The notes beneath the pieces are model-generated. The model did not search any database. It had not been told where the DNA came from and saw only the letters and a list, made by a program, of their open reading frames with translations. This document shows, in pieces, positions 44,768 through 54,788 of a stretch of 59,590 nt of DNA (position 1 is the stretch's first letter; each line of letters starts with the position of its first letter). This DNA is from a virus. Its lineage: Duplodnaviria > Caudoviricetes. The position numbers and the translations under genes were made by a program. The DNA lies in the IMG/VR virus record IMGVR_UViG_3300012942_000051, positions 1 to 59,590 of that record; one strand, written 5' to 3'.

Positions 44768-46499
44768 CGAAAATCCATTCCTTCACTTGAGGATAATCTT
44801 TTTTCATCCAAACAATGATGCGGTTTGGCACCTTAAGCGCATCGATCGCGGCACGCGCTTCTTCGGTCGTCACAGGCAGCATGCCGCCACCGTGACGCAT
44901 CCACCAATCGGCAGATCGTGCGCGCGGGTTGCCGCCGTGCTCAGGCAAGATGTAGTGCGAGAAGCGACGTAATCCGCAATAGTAGTTTACTCGGATTGAA
45001 TCCGGGCGACCCTCTTTCTTGTGCGTCTCATAGGTAACACGCGTGACTTTATGTTCCTCGAGCACAGGCTTCTCAAACGCGCCGCTAGTGTCGCTTTTCG
45101 ACCGACGCAGCAGCGACGTGTTGGACGCGGTGTGGGTAAACTTGACCTCGAAAATGAACTCGGCGCCACATTGGATGCAATAACGCGCGGATGGATGATT
45201 CCAACACCTGCACCCCTTTTCAGGATCGCCGCCTTTGTCGGGATTGCTTGTGCCAGGGACAATGTTGACGCCCCATGGCGCCTTGCCGCACGTTTTGACT
45301 GGCGGGTCGCCGCCGCCTTTGCCCTTTTTCTTGGGAAGCTGCGGATCATTGATCGGCCCGAGCATCGCTGTATTATAGGCAAAATCGAGTACAAGGCAGT
45401 CTTGTTTCGCCGACATGGCGATGGCGAGCAGCCGCCCTTCTTGCGTTGTGAGATCGAACCCATCCGCGTAATCAGGGCGCGTACCTCGACCGATCATCTG
45501 AACCCATAAACCAGGCGATTTTGTCGGGCGCAGCATAATAATGCAGTCGAGCGCGGGAAAATCAAAACCAGTCGTAAGCACGCCGAAATTGACGCAGTGA
45601 CGCACCTCGCCCGCGATAAACCGCGCAAGGTCTTCGTCGCGCGTTGCAGACTTCGAGTGGATAGCAACAGCGGATTCGCCGTGGCTCTCAAGCTCGGCCG
45701 CGATCGCTTCCGCGTGCTCGATACCTGTCGAAAACCACAAGCAATGGTTGCGGCCGGATGACAGCTCGAGTGCCTCTGCAACAGCAGCCGCTGTGACTTC
45801 AGCTTTATTGACGGCGCGTTGCAGATCCTTCTTTTGATAATCGCCGCCTTGCATCTTGACTTTTTCCGTCAAGATTTTGGTATGGGTCGGGCGCGGGATC
45901 AGCGGCAGCAAATACCCTTGATCGATAAACCAGTTGAATGCCTCAAGCCCACAGGCATCGAACGCAACATCGGTAAATAGCCCGCCGTCAGTGATATGCC
46001 CAAGGCCGAGCCGGTACGGCGTCGCGCTCAAACCGACAAACTTGCAACTAGGATTTTGCTCTAGCAGATAATCTGCGAGCATGCGGTATTGCGTCTCGTC
46101 TTTATCGCTGACTAGATGACATTCGTCCACGAGAACGATATCGATCTTGCCGAGCGATTCTTTGCGGTTGATAATCGTGCCGATTGTGCCGATTGTGATG
46201 ACGCGGCCGACTTCATACTTATTGAGCGACGCCGAACAAATGCCAACAGGAACATTCGGACCGATTGCTGCGAACTTCTCCGCGTTCTGCACGACAAGCT
46301 CTTTCGTCGGCGCGAGCACCAAGACTCGCTGACCAAGCCAGGTTGTGACGATATGCACGCCAAGATCGGCTATGACGATGCTTTTGCCAGTACCTGTCGG
46401 CAACGCGAGAACAGGGTGTCCCGCGTGTTCTTGAAAATAGGCATAGAACGCATCTGACGCCCATTGTTGATAGTCACGTTTTTGGAGGACGAAGCCCAT
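44760..46499 (-). CDS. SF2 DExH helicase (YejH/RadD-like) with Zn finger
   Basis: PTGTGKS, DECH, SAT, LTTGFD and QMIGRGTR motifs. Confidence 0.93.
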   Translation of the reverse strand: MGFVLQKRDYQQWASDAFYAYFQEHAGHPVLALPTGTGKSIVIADLGVHIVTTWLGQRVLVLAPTKELVVQNAEKFAAIGPNVPVGICSASLNKYEVGRVITIGTIGTIINRKESLGKIDIVLVDECHLVSDKDETQYRMLADYLLEQNPSCKFVGLSATPYRLGLGHITDGGLFTDVAFDACGLEAFNWFIDQGYLLPLIPRPTHTKILTEKVKMQGGDYQKKDLQRAVNKAEVTAAAVAEALELSSGRNHCLWFSTGIEHAEAIAAELESHGESAVAIHSKSATRDEDLARFIAGEVRHCVNFGVLTTGFDFPALDCIIMLRPTKSPGLWVQMIGRGTRPDYADGFDLTTQEGRLLAIAMSAKQDCLVLDFAYNTAMLGPINDPQLPKKKGKGGGDPPVKTCGKAPWGVNIVPGTSNPDKGGDPEKGCRCWNHPSARYCIQCGAEFIFEVKFTHTASNTSLLRRSKSDTSGAFEKPVLEEHKVTRVTYETHKKEGRPDSIRVNYYCGLRRFSHYILPEHGGNPRARSADWWMRHGGGMLPVTTEEARAAIDALKVPNRIIVWMKKDYPQVKEWIFDD

Positions 46500-46709
46500 T
46501 TACGAGCCGTCCTCCGGCATCCAGCAAAAAACGTCGCTCGGATGAATATACGTCGCAGCGCTGCAGGCGACATCCTGGTCGATCAACAGCACGCGCTCGA
46601 CGTGCCATTTGACGATATGCCACCCCTTGCGCGTCAGCACGACGAACCCTGTTCTTAGGTCAACAGGCTGCGGCGGGCGACCTAATCGAATAACAGGCGG
46701 AATCTGCAT
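46500..46709 (-). CDS. Hypothetical protein
   Basis: Fills the gap between exonuclease and helicase. Confidence 0.55.
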   Translation of the reverse strand: MQIPPVIRLGRPPQPVDLRTGFVVLTRKGWHIVKWHVERVLLIDQDVACSAATYIHPSDVFCWMPEDGS

Positions 46710-46715
46710 GACGTG

Positions 46716-47657
46716 TCACCTCTTAACTAAAGCTGGGATCGGATCCCACGAACCACATCCTGCAAGCTGATCCACCTTGTCAAGCGTTTTGCCAAGGTGC
46801 TCGCAGCCCCATGTGCCGCTTGGGATATCGGCAAGCGAATGCCGACAAGTGCGACAGTTTTTCGGCGGTTCCACTTGTTGTGGGAAATGACACCGCTGCT
46901 TCGCATCGCAGACCCCACATTTGAAATTACTCGGGTCCTCAGACAGACGCTTCGGTGCATCGCGCGCGACGATGATGTCTCGAGCCCGCACAAGTTTGCT
47001 TTGCGCTGCAGGTTGATCGTAACGAACGATCTGTCCAAAGATATCATCGTCGTTCTTGTTTACGGCAAGATACAACGTCTTGAAAATACCTCGCCGCGCC
47101 ATACACGTCTGCATCTGCGCATAGTGCTCAGGCTTCGAGACTTGAACGCCCTTGACTACAAGGTCGCAAAACGACTTAGTGTTATGGGTTTTGAACTCGC
47201 CGAGAATCCACTCGCCTGGCGCGTCGGGCACGCCCCACAGAACCCCGTCGAGCGCCGAGCCAAAGTGGCCGCCATGGTCGCTAATCCGTTCTTGAGACCC
47301 ATCCTCTGGCTGGTGGAATTGGACGTCTATCATATCGAGCATTGCGAGAAAACGCGCTTCTTCTTGATGCCCGCGATTAAACAAGCGCAGAATGCGCGGC
47401 TGGAATGATCGCACGTAAGACCACCGCCATCCTAACCACAGGGCGCGGTCGCATTCTTTGCCGATCTGCGATGCGCCAAGGTGCGATCGGAAGTTGTCGG
47501 CAGCATCGTCCTTACGATAGGCGTCGGCGATCTTAGGCAAATGCTTAAGCAACAGCTCGCGGAAGCGATTGCCGCCATCAGCCGCGATGGCAGCGTCTAT
47601 CGCCGCTTCAGTACGCTTCGCCCGTTGGAACGTCGGCGATCGTGGGAGTGCAACCAT
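46716..47657 (-). CDS. Cas4-like PD-(D/E)XK exonuclease
   Basis: GASQIG..C, LDG, EFKT, Q.Q and C-terminal Cys cluster. Confidence 0.88.
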   Translation of the reverse strand: MVALPRSPTFQRAKRTEAAIDAAIAADGGNRFRELLLKHLPKIADAYRKDDAADNFRSHLGASQIGKECDRALWLGWRWSYVRSFQPRILRLFNRGHQEEARFLAMLDMIDVQFHQPEDGSQERISDHGGHFGSALDGVLWGVPDAPGEWILGEFKTHNTKSFCDLVVKGVQVSKPEHYAQMQTCMARRGIFKTLYLAVNKNDDDIFGQIVRYDQPAAQSKLVRARDIIVARDAPKRLSEDPSNFKCGVCDAKQRCHFPQQVEPPKNCRTCRHSLADIPSGTWGCEHLGKTLDKVDQLAGCGSWDPIPALVKR

Positions 47658-48082
47658 TATTCGTTTCCTCTTTGCGCGCGCATGTGACGCTTGGCTTCTT
47701 TGTCTGCCCAACGATTGCACCAGCTTCGCGCGTCGGCAACAGTCGTGTGTCCTTTTACGTGCTTAGCCCGAACCGCTGCATCAGCGAAGTGTTTAAGGCG
47801 CGCCTCACGAAACATCTTCGCATACGCGCCGACGCCCTTGATTGCATGAACTACGCCCATGCAATCAGTCTGCACTAAAATGTCTCGAGCCCCGTTCTGG
47901 TAAGCGATCCAAAGCCCATTGAGCACAGCTTGTAGCTCAGCGATTCCGCTACTTGGAGGCCTACTTCGGAACATGCCAGAATGCTGCCCCTTCGCGCCAC
48001 CGTCGTATGCGATCCAGACGGCCCACCCGCCTGCTTTAGTTCGAGAACAGAACGACGCATCGGCAATGATGGTCGCTCGCAT
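47657..48082 (-). CDS. Ribonuclease HI-like protein
   Basis: DAS, AELQA, TDC, HVKGH and NRWAD..AK motifs. Confidence 0.88.
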   Translation of the reverse strand: MRATIIADASFCSRTKAGGWAVWIAYDGGAKGQHSGMFRSRPPSSGIAELQAVLNGLWIAYQNGARDILVQTDCMGVVHAIKGVGAYAKMFREARLKHFADAAVRAKHVKGHTTVADARSWCNRWADKEAKRHMRAQRGNE

Positions 48083-48191
48083 TATACCTCCTTGTTTTGT
48101 GGCCCGCGACGTCTGTTTGGCGGTATAATCAATGCCTGGATAGTCGGCGTCTTGCCTTCACTACATCCATCAGTCGCGGGCCGCAGAACAA

Positions 48192-48225
48192 TCGGGGACG
48201 CGGTGTGCTCGCGCCCCCGAAAGGT
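48192..48225 (-). terminator. Hairpin downstream of the SSB gene
   Basis: TCGGGGGCGCG/CGCGTCCCCGA stem followed by TTGTT on the minus strand. Confidence 0.55.
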
Positions 48226-49005
48226 TCACGCAGAAGGCTTCGCCCACGGCGGAACAGCGTCGCCGTTGGCAGCGGGCGCGGCGGGCGCAGCAGGGGCCTG
48301 CGGAGCTTGCGGAGCCTGCGGAGCCGCAGGTGCGGCCGGTGCTGCCGGCGGTGCAGGGGGAGCCGCAGGAGCCGGATACATCGCCGCAACGTCGGCATCC
48401 GCCTTCACGTCCTGGCCCTTGTAGTAATAGCCTGCGCTCGTCGGATGCTTGATCCAGCCATCGGCAACAGCCGCCGCAAACGGATCGTGCGCTGCAGGAA
48501 GGGCAGCTGGCGCGGCCGGCGGTGCAGGGGGCGGCGGAGGCGCTGCCGGCGCGCCGGCAGCAGGAGCCGACGTGGTTGCGCCACCTGCAAGTTCCTTCGG
48601 CTCGCGGCCGTGCTGGTCGCGGAAACCCTTGACGGTGTTGGATGCGTCGTAGTTCCCTTCCGCCTCGCGGACGGCGAGCTTCGCCTGGAACGGAATGCCG
48701 TGGAGCTGCTCCGAACGCTCGCACTGAATCTGTCCTGTGACGTAACAGATCGCTGAGAGCTGCTCATACGCGATCTTGACGGCAACCGGATTCTCGTTCT
48801 CGAGATTCAGGTTGAGGAAGATCTTGCGGCCGGCGTAGGTGCCTTCGATGACCTCGAGCGTCAGCGCGAGATACGATCCCTTCTTCGGCGGGTTGACAGG
48901 CTTCGTCTCGGATTCGACGATCTTGACGTGGTACCAGCCGGGCGGCAAGGGATCGAAAGCAGACGTCGGTGCGACCGTCTGCGCGTTGAAATTGAGAATA
49001 CTCAT
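48226..49005 (-). CDS. DUF669-family ssDNA-binding protein
   Basis: FDPLPPGWY, YL.L.LEV.EG.YAGRK; Pro/Ala-rich tail ending VPPW. Confidence 0.85.
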   Translation of the reverse strand: MSILNFNAQTVAPTSAFDPLPPGWYHVKIVESETKPVNPPKKGSYLALTLEVIEGTYAGRKIFLNLNLENENPVAVKIAYEQLSAICYVTGQIQCERSEQLHGIPFQAKLAVREAEGNYDASNTVKGFRDQHGREPKELAGGATTSAPAAGAPAAPPPPPAPPAAPAALPAAHDPFAAAVADGWIKHPTSAGYYYKGQDVKADADVAAMYPAPAAPPAPPAAPAAPAAPQAPQAPQAPAAPAAPAANGDAVPPWAKPSA

Positions 49006-49046
49006 CTTAGTCCTTCCGTCAATAGGGCTCGACGCCCGGGTTGAGA

Positions 49047-49778
49047 TCAGCCGACGTAGCCGTAAATCTTATTGAAGATCGCCGTCAGATCTGGATATTC
49101 AAAGAAGTCCAGCGAGCCGGATCTGTCTTTGGCTTCATACGTCATGTCGGCCTTGGTCTGCAGCGAGATATGCTCGCCTTGCACACCGCGGTATGCCCCA
49201 AGGTGGAACACTTCGTCGAAGAAGTAAACGAGACCTTGCGTCAGCGTTTTGCCGGGCATCGAAGGCCCCCAGCGCGTGACGCCATTCTCGTCTTTATTGT
49301 ACTCAGCTTTCGCCGTCATAACGACGTTCTTGCCCTTGATATCTCGAAGGGCTCGGATCGTTATCCACATTTGGTCGGCAAGCTGTCCGTAAGCCTGTCG
49401 TCCGTCTTTCGTGCCAGCTTTCGCGTTGCTCAGCACTTTCTCGGCGATCTCGGAAATAGAATCAATGCCGATCGACCAGAAGTGATTGCCAGCAGGCCCC
49501 GACAGATAATCGTGCGCGCGGTTCAAGTCATCGAGCGATTTGATCTCGATAATAGGAACAGGCGTCGAGCGCAGCGAAAGCAGCCCCGCCTCCGCCGATA
49601 TGACGATCCCGTGCCCGCCGTCTTTTACTTGGATCTTCGGCAGCGTCGCCATAAGGCGCGTCTTGCCTATGCCCGAGCGCCCGTAAGCAAGCATCTTGAT
49701 ACCATGCGCGAGCGAGATGGTGTCGGACGTCGTGACTGTGAGCCCGGCAGGCGGGGGCGGTATGAACCCTGTGGTCAT
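49047..49778 (-). CDS. Sak4-like AAA ATPase / recombinase
   Basis: YGRSGIGKT, EAGLLSL, IDSISE and AKDRSG motifs. Confidence 0.88.
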   Translation of the reverse strand: MTTGFIPPPPAGLTVTTSDTISLAHGIKMLAYGRSGIGKTRLMATLPKIQVKDGGHGIVISAEAGLLSLRSTPVPIIEIKSLDDLNRAHDYLSGPAGNHFWSIGIDSISEIAEKVLSNAKAGTKDGRQAYGQLADQMWITIRALRDIKGKNVVMTAKAEYNKDENGVTRWGPSMPGKTLTQGLVYFFDEVFHLGAYRGVQGEHISLQTKADMTYEAKDRSGSLDFFEYPDLTAIFNKIYGYVG

Positions 49779-49939
49779 GCTGGGGCCTTTTCGACGATTG
49801 CGTTCCTGAAGCACGAAAGCTCCGCGTAGCTTTTGGCTGCTTCAGACGTCGGAAACGTTTTCGGCTTGCCGGTCATGGGATCTTCGCAGAACCGAGCAGG
49901 TACGCGCGTGCTGAATGTCGTAAATTTGATTTGGAACAT
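49775..49939 (-). CDS. Small hypothetical protein (54 aa)
   Basis: ATGA-coupled to the Sak4 start; AAGGA RBS. Confidence 0.5.
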   Translation of the reverse strand: MFQIKFTTFSTRVPARFCEDPMTGKPKTFPTSEAAKSYAELSCFRNAIVEKAPA

Positions 49940-50206
49940 TTATTCCTTCCCTCCTGCAAGATCCTCGACTGCGTCGAGTAACCCAAATGGCATGATCTCG
50001 ATGGCGTTGGCGTCGATCTTCGCCAAGGCAAACGAGCGAACGGCCTTTCGAGCAACGTCGTAACAAAGCATGAACCACTGCGGGTCAGGATACCACTCAT
50101 TGGCGCCGAAATCCAACCCCTTGAAGATGACGTCTCGCGTTTCGGCTTCGCCACGATAGTTGACGTAGTCGAAACGCAAACGTTGCCCGGGCAGAAACCG
50201 CAACAT
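49940..50206 (-). CDS. Stand-alone WYL-domain protein
   Basis: F.YVNYRGE.ETR.V, W.M..YD..RKAVRSFAL.KI. Confidence 0.8.
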   Translation of the reverse strand: MLRFLPGQRLRFDYVNYRGEAETRDVIFKGLDFGANEWYPDPQWFMLCYDVARKAVRSFALAKIDANAIEIMPFGLLDAVEDLAGGKE

Positions 50207-50208
50207 CG

Positions 50209-50520
50209 CTATGCGTCCTTCTTGTCGGCAAATAAGGCGTCGATCGCCTCGCGCTCTTCTCGATGCAGTTTTCGGATAGCATCGTTGTGCGACGATCGTT
50301 TGGTTTTATACGCGCTGACGATGGCTGCAATCTCGTCGAGCCTGTTGACAGCTCGTTCTGCCGTCTCGAAACGTCCGCGTAATTGGTCCAGCGTTCCGTT
50401 TGTCGGTTCATCGTAAGCAAGGCGACGCCCGTACCAGCGACTGCCTTTTTCGAGCGTAACAGCAACGACGTGCGCGCGGTATGTGTTTACGCGAACAGCG
50501 TAATACAATGCGCGCTTCAT
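50209..50520 (-). CDS. Hypothetical protein
   Basis: ATGA coupling to the upstream gene. Confidence 0.6.
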   Translation of the reverse strand: MKRALYYAVRVNTYRAHVVAVTLEKGSRWYGRRLAYDEPTNGTLDQLRGRFETAERAVNRLDEIAAIVSAYKTKRSSHNDAIRKLHREEREAIDALFADKKDA

Positions 50521-51206
50521 TTGCGAGCCTTCGGCGGCTCGATATCGAGCGTCGGCGTGCCAGGCGTTGCGATGACAGCAGCCGAAAACAAGAGCTTGTG
50601 CTCGTCGCTGAGCGCATTCCACTCGCGTTTCGCAAGCGTCGGTTTGTAGGTAACGAGGACGTCGGTGTTCGCAACCCCCGCCTCGCGCATGGCCGCAAGC
50701 GTTGCGGGCAGCGCTGCTTCGTCGATCTTGCGGTTGATTTTATACCCGCCCTTGATAGTCGAACCATCGGCGAGCTTGAAGCGCTGCGTGCCCTCGACTG
50801 GATTCGGGAATGCGCCGGCGAACAGCACGACGCGGTTTTCTTTCTCGCGTTCCTTGTAGAACGCAAGCTTCGCGCGATCGTCGCGCCACTGCGCCAAGAT
50901 CTGCATGTAGCGCTTGCCTGGATCGGTTTCGACGGCTTCGTCTTCGCGCTCGACAGGCGGCCGCTGCTCGAGCTCTTTGATCTCGTCGAGCGCACAGATC
51001 ATGTCGAAAAGCGTAAGGTACTCGGGCTCCTCGTCTTCGGCGTCGTCCTGCCAGGACTCGCGCTCGGGCGTAATCTGCAAGGCTTCGGCGATTCCATCGC
51101 CCATGAATGAGCGCTGCGAGCTCACGAAGATGTACTCTTCGTGCGGATCGACATTGCGATTGATCTGCGCGGCGAATGCTGCGCGCAGCTTTTCCAAAGC
51201 GGTCAT
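50517..51206 (-). CDS. Hypothetical conserved phage protein
   Basis: GGAGGA RBS; first gene of the leftward arm. Confidence 0.65.
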   Translation of the reverse strand: MTALEKLRAAFAAQINRNVDPHEEYIFVSSQRSFMGDGIAEALQITPERESWQDDAEDEEPEYLTLFDMICALDEIKELEQRPPVEREDEAVETDPGKRYMQILAQWRDDRAKLAFYKEREKENRVVLFAGAFPNPVEGTQRFKLADGSTIKGGYKINRKIDEAALPATLAAMREAGVANTDVLVTYKPTLAKREWNALSDEHKLLFSAAVIATPGTPTLDIEPPKARK

Positions 51207-51326
51207 CGTGTCCTCCAATATGACAGGGCGATATTAGGACGCTCGAATGTAACGCGCAACAATTATTTTGCATTGCGAACTTGCAATATCGTCGTTTACG
51301 ATGGCGAGCAAATTACGGAGGACAAC

Positions 51327-51551
51327 TTGACCAAAACTTCTCGCCTGGAACACCCCGAGTCCTTGCTTATGCGCAGGACTCGAGAACTGCTCGAGCAATC
51401 GACAGCTCGACATTTAGACATTTATACGGCGACGGGCATCTCGCCCAATTGGTTATGGCTCTTCAAAAGCGGTCGCGTTCCTGACCCGAGTGTCAATAGG
51501 GTCGAGGCTCTTTATAACTTTCTGTCCAGCGTTCCTCTCGACGTAAAGTAG
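51327..51551 (+). CDS. XRE/Cro-like HTH regulator
   Basis: IYTATGISPNWLWLFKSGRVPDPSVNRVEALY; GGAGGA RBS with TTG start; at the divergence point. Confidence 0.75.
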   Translation: MTKTSRLEHPESLLMRRTRELLEQSTARHLDIYTATGISPNWLWLFKSGRVPDPSVNRVEALYNFLSSVPLDVK

Positions 51552-51556
51552 GTCAA

Positions 51557-53830
51557 ATGTCGATTAAACAATTTCCGGCAGAGCTTCGTGCGCTGCCGCA
51601 ATGGTGCGTTGCGACTCTTTTGCCAACGCCCGAAGGCAAAGACGACAAACGACCGTATGACCCAAAGACAGGCAAGCCCGCATCCGTCACAGATAAAACG
51701 ACATGGGGCACGTTCGATGAAGCGTTAGTTGCGCGTGACGCTTGGCGCTCGAGCTCGGCGCCGCGCGCGCAGATGGGCTTCGTTTTCTCGCGCGATGATC
51801 CGTATGCTGTCATCGATCTTGATACGTATAAAGCGAAGGACGATAAGATAAAAAGCCTTCACGGCGAGATCAAGCGGCATGCGGCAACATATACGGAATT
51901 AAGCCAATCGGGACTTGGGACGCATATCATCGGGCGCGGATGGGTTGCAGAGGGTGCCCACAACGAAGCGAACGCTCTCGAGATTTACAGCCACGCGCGG
52001 TTTATGATCTGCACGGGCGACGTAGGCGTCGAGGGTCTGATCCAGCCCGTTGTCTCGATACAAGAATTGCTCGATTATCTCTACCCGCTTGTGAAGGACG
52101 GCGGTAAAGCAGGCGCAACGCATTGGCGTGACCTTGGCGATGGCGAAGAATCGCTATTGACGGACCAAGAAGTAATCGATCGCGCGATGGCGGCCGAGAA
52201 CGCCGACAAGTTCCTAGCGCTTTGCCAAGGCGACCTGTCATTGCACGGTGGCGATCACAGCCGCGCCGACGAAGCATTGATACAGTTCCTGTGTTTCTAC
52301 ACGCCGGACAATCGCCAGGTAGCGCGTTTGTTTATGATGTCCGACCTTGCGAAGCGTGAGAAGGCGCAACGATCGGATTACGTGCCGCGGACGATAGCTT
52401 TCGCGCGCATGAAGATTAAAGAAGACCAACCACCGCCGCTCGACGTGCCCGCGATCACCGAACGCGCAAAGCAAGTCGCGTCGCCCAAAGCGAAAAAGCC
52501 TGCGCCTGCAAACGTGCCGGTCAGCTTTCCGCCTGGGCTCGTTGGCGAGATCGCAAAGTACGTGCTTGCTAGCGCAACGCGACCTGTTCCTGAGATCGCG
52601 CTCGCAACGGCAATCGCGTGTGTCGCTGGCATTGTGGGCAGGAACTACAATTGCTCGAGCCCGCCGACAGGGCTCAATCTTTATATTCTGTTGCTAGCGA
52701 AGACGGGGACAGGAAAAGAATCGATCCAATCGAGCATCGACCGATTATTTGCAGAGGTTCAAAAAACCGTGCCGCCTGCAGATCGATTCTTGGGCCCCGC
52801 GCGCTTCGCATCGGGGCAGGCGCTCGTCAAGCAATTCCAGGCGCAGCCGTGTTTCGTCTCGATTCTCGGCGAGTTCGGCGACACGATGAAGCGAATGACG
52901 GCACGGGGCGCAAACGGCGCCGAGATCGCGCTGTTGCAGAACATGAAAGATATATTCCACAAGTCGGGCTGGAACCAGTGGCTTCGCGCGACTGTTCACA
53001 GCGACAAAGAAAAGAACACAACGAACGTTCATGCGCCGGCATTGACGATTCTCGGCGAGACGGCGCCTGAGCCGTTTTTTGCAGGATTGGACGAGGAATT
53101 GATTAGCGGCGGCTTTTTGCCGCGTTTTCTATGTATCGAGTATCTTGGCGATCGGCCAGACCGCAATGCGACTGCGACGTCCAAACCCCCGCCCGAGCTT
53201 GTGCAGAAGACCGCGGACCTAATCGCGTCGGTTTTGCAGATGGAACAAAACCAAACGTGCACCATGGTCCACGCGGATGCGGCTGGCACGAAAATGCTCG
53301 ACGACTTCGACAAATGGGTAGACGAGCAGATGCGCGGCTCGAGCGAGACGACGCGGCAGCTTTGGAACAGAGCTCATATCAAAGCGCTCAGATTATCGGC
53401 ATTGATTGCGGTCGGTGTCAATCCGTATGAGCCGGTCGTGACACCAGACCTAGCCACATGGGCTATCGAGATGGTGCGTCAGGACGTTGCCGTATTGCTC
53501 GATCGGTTCATGCGCGGCGACGTTGGCGAAGGCGACGCAAAGCTTCACGCGGACCTCGTTTCGGTGATATCGAAATACATGGCAAACGGTAGCCCGCGGT
53601 ATGAGGAGTTTCACGCCCGCGGATGCGTTTCGTCTCGCTTCTTGCAGCAGCAGACAGCGAACCGCGCTGCCTTCAAGAAGCATCGTCTTGGTGCCAGCAA
53701 AGCGCTGGAAGATACTCTTGCGATTATGGTTAAATACGGCGTTTTGACGCTAGTCGACAAGAAGACCGCGCAAGATTGGTTCAAGACGTCATCCACGGTA
53801 TATGCTTTGGGGGATCAATGGGATGCCTAG
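51557..53830 (+). CDS. Primase-polymerase (AEP) fused to a DUF3987-like helicase/ATPase
   Basis: QW, KRP, IDLD, YTELSQSGLGTH and LEIY motifs; DHSRAD; Walker A KTGTGKE; GGFLPRFL. Confidence 0.88.
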   Translation: MSIKQFPAELRALPQWCVATLLPTPEGKDDKRPYDPKTGKPASVTDKTTWGTFDEALVARDAWRSSSAPRAQMGFVFSRDDPYAVIDLDTYKAKDDKIKSLHGEIKRHAATYTELSQSGLGTHIIGRGWVAEGAHNEANALEIYSHARFMICTGDVGVEGLIQPVVSIQELLDYLYPLVKDGGKAGATHWRDLGDGEESLLTDQEVIDRAMAAENADKFLALCQGDLSLHGGDHSRADEALIQFLCFYTPDNRQVARLFMMSDLAKREKAQRSDYVPRTIAFARMKIKEDQPPPLDVPAITERAKQVASPKAKKPAPANVPVSFPPGLVGEIAKYVLASATRPVPEIALATAIACVAGIVGRNYNCSSPPTGLNLYILLLAKTGTGKESIQSSIDRLFAEVQKTVPPADRFLGPARFASGQALVKQFQAQPCFVSILGEFGDTMKRMTARGANGAEIALLQNMKDIFHKSGWNQWLRATVHSDKEKNTTNVHAPALTILGETAPEPFFAGLDEELISGGFLPRFLCIEYLGDRPDRNATATSKPPPELVQKTADLIASVLQMEQNQTCTMVHADAAGTKMLDDFDKWVDEQMRGSSETTRQLWNRAHIKALRLSALIAVGVNPYEPVVTPDLATWAIEMVRQDVAVLLDRFMRGDVGEGDAKLHADLVSVISKYMANGSPRYEEFHARGCVSSRFLQQQTANRAAFKKHRLGASKALEDTLAIMVKYGVLTLVDKKTAQDWFKTSSTVYALGDQWDA

Positions 53831-53859
53831 AACGCCTAATACGTCTGTTTTATGGCGAT

Positions 53860-54060
53860 TAGGCGGCGATTATGGATACCCCATTGATTTTATTATGTTT
53901 AATTGTTTTACGATTGGTAACCCCCTATACCCCCCCTATTCCCCCTATTCTATTGGTATAAGATACAAGAAGAAGATACATAGATATATACAATACAATA
54001 TATATTAAAACAATAAAACAATAAAACAAGATAAAGGAAATTTTCATGTATTGTCATGGG
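53860..54060. other. AT-rich putative replication origin with short repeats
   Basis: Sharp drop in GC after the primase; CCCCCTAT x3, ATATATA runs and TAAAACAA x3. Confidence 0.65.
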
Positions 54061-54128
54061 TTAAGCGCCAAGATCGCGTTTAATAGATGCACATACAGGC
54101 TTATCGCTGGACAAAGAAGCAAGATCGT

Positions 54129-54551
54129 ATGACTAAGATTGTTGTCTGTTTGGAAGGTGTTCCATGTGGTAAGGGACGCCCTCAGTTCGCCAGGACGAGG
54201 GGCGGTGTGCGCACCTTCACGCCACAGAAGACTAAGACGTATGAGCAACACCTTGCGACGGCAGCAAGACGCGCGATCTACGGATCACCGCTAACAGGGC
54301 CTCTCCGCGTCCATGTCACCGCGGTATTCCCGATCCCGCCGAGCTGGCCGAAGAAGACGCGGGCTCGAGCGGAAGCTGGCGGCGTTTGGCATATCGCAAA
54401 GCCTGATCTAGACAATATCTATAAAATCGTCGGCGATGGCTGCAATGGCGTGCTGTGGGCAGATGATGCTACGATCTGCTCACTGTCAGGCGTCAAGTTC
54501 TATGGGCTCGAACCAGCCTTGTGGATCGAAGTCGAGCAGATCGAAATATAG
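54129..54551 (+). CDS. rusA: RusA-family Holliday junction resolvase
   Basis: KGRP, KPDLDN..K...DG.NG..W.DD..I. Confidence 0.9.
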   Translation: MTKIVVCLEGVPCGKGRPQFARTRGGVRTFTPQKTKTYEQHLATAARRAIYGSPLTGPLRVHVTAVFPIPPSWPKKTRARAEAGGVWHIAKPDLDNIYKIVGDGCNGVLWADDATICSLSGVKFYGLEPALWIEVEQIEI

Positions 54552-54560
54552 GAGACAAAC

Positions 54561-54788
54561 GTGGAGATTCACAAACCAACACAGGCAGACGTCGTGCTTC
54601 GCCTGATTAAAGGATTCGCATATCCGTTCAGCGACGATCTTGCCGGCATCCGCTACCCTAGTGTTGTCACGGAGCTTTACGACGAAAACGAGGCTATATT
54701 CTTGAGCCGAACAATTCGCATTAACCGAACGCAAAGCAGGCATGAAAGTTATCTTATCCTCGAAGACGGATCCATAAATTTCCTGTGA
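54561..54788 (+). CDS. Hypothetical protein
   Basis: AGGAG RBS with GTG start. Confidence 0.55.
   Translation: MEIHKPTQADVVLRLIKGFAYPFSDDLAGIRYPSVVTELYDENEAIFLSRTIRINRTQSRHESYLILEDGSINFL

Noticed and set aside
46716-47657. Cas4-like nuclease as evidence of CRISPR-Cas
   Set aside because: No repeat-spacer array or other cas genes; it sits in a standard Sak4/SSB recombination module.
48240-48570. GC-rich short repeats in the SSB gene and at 43330-43400
   Set aside because: They encode Pro/Ala low-complexity linkers and are not a DNA-level array.
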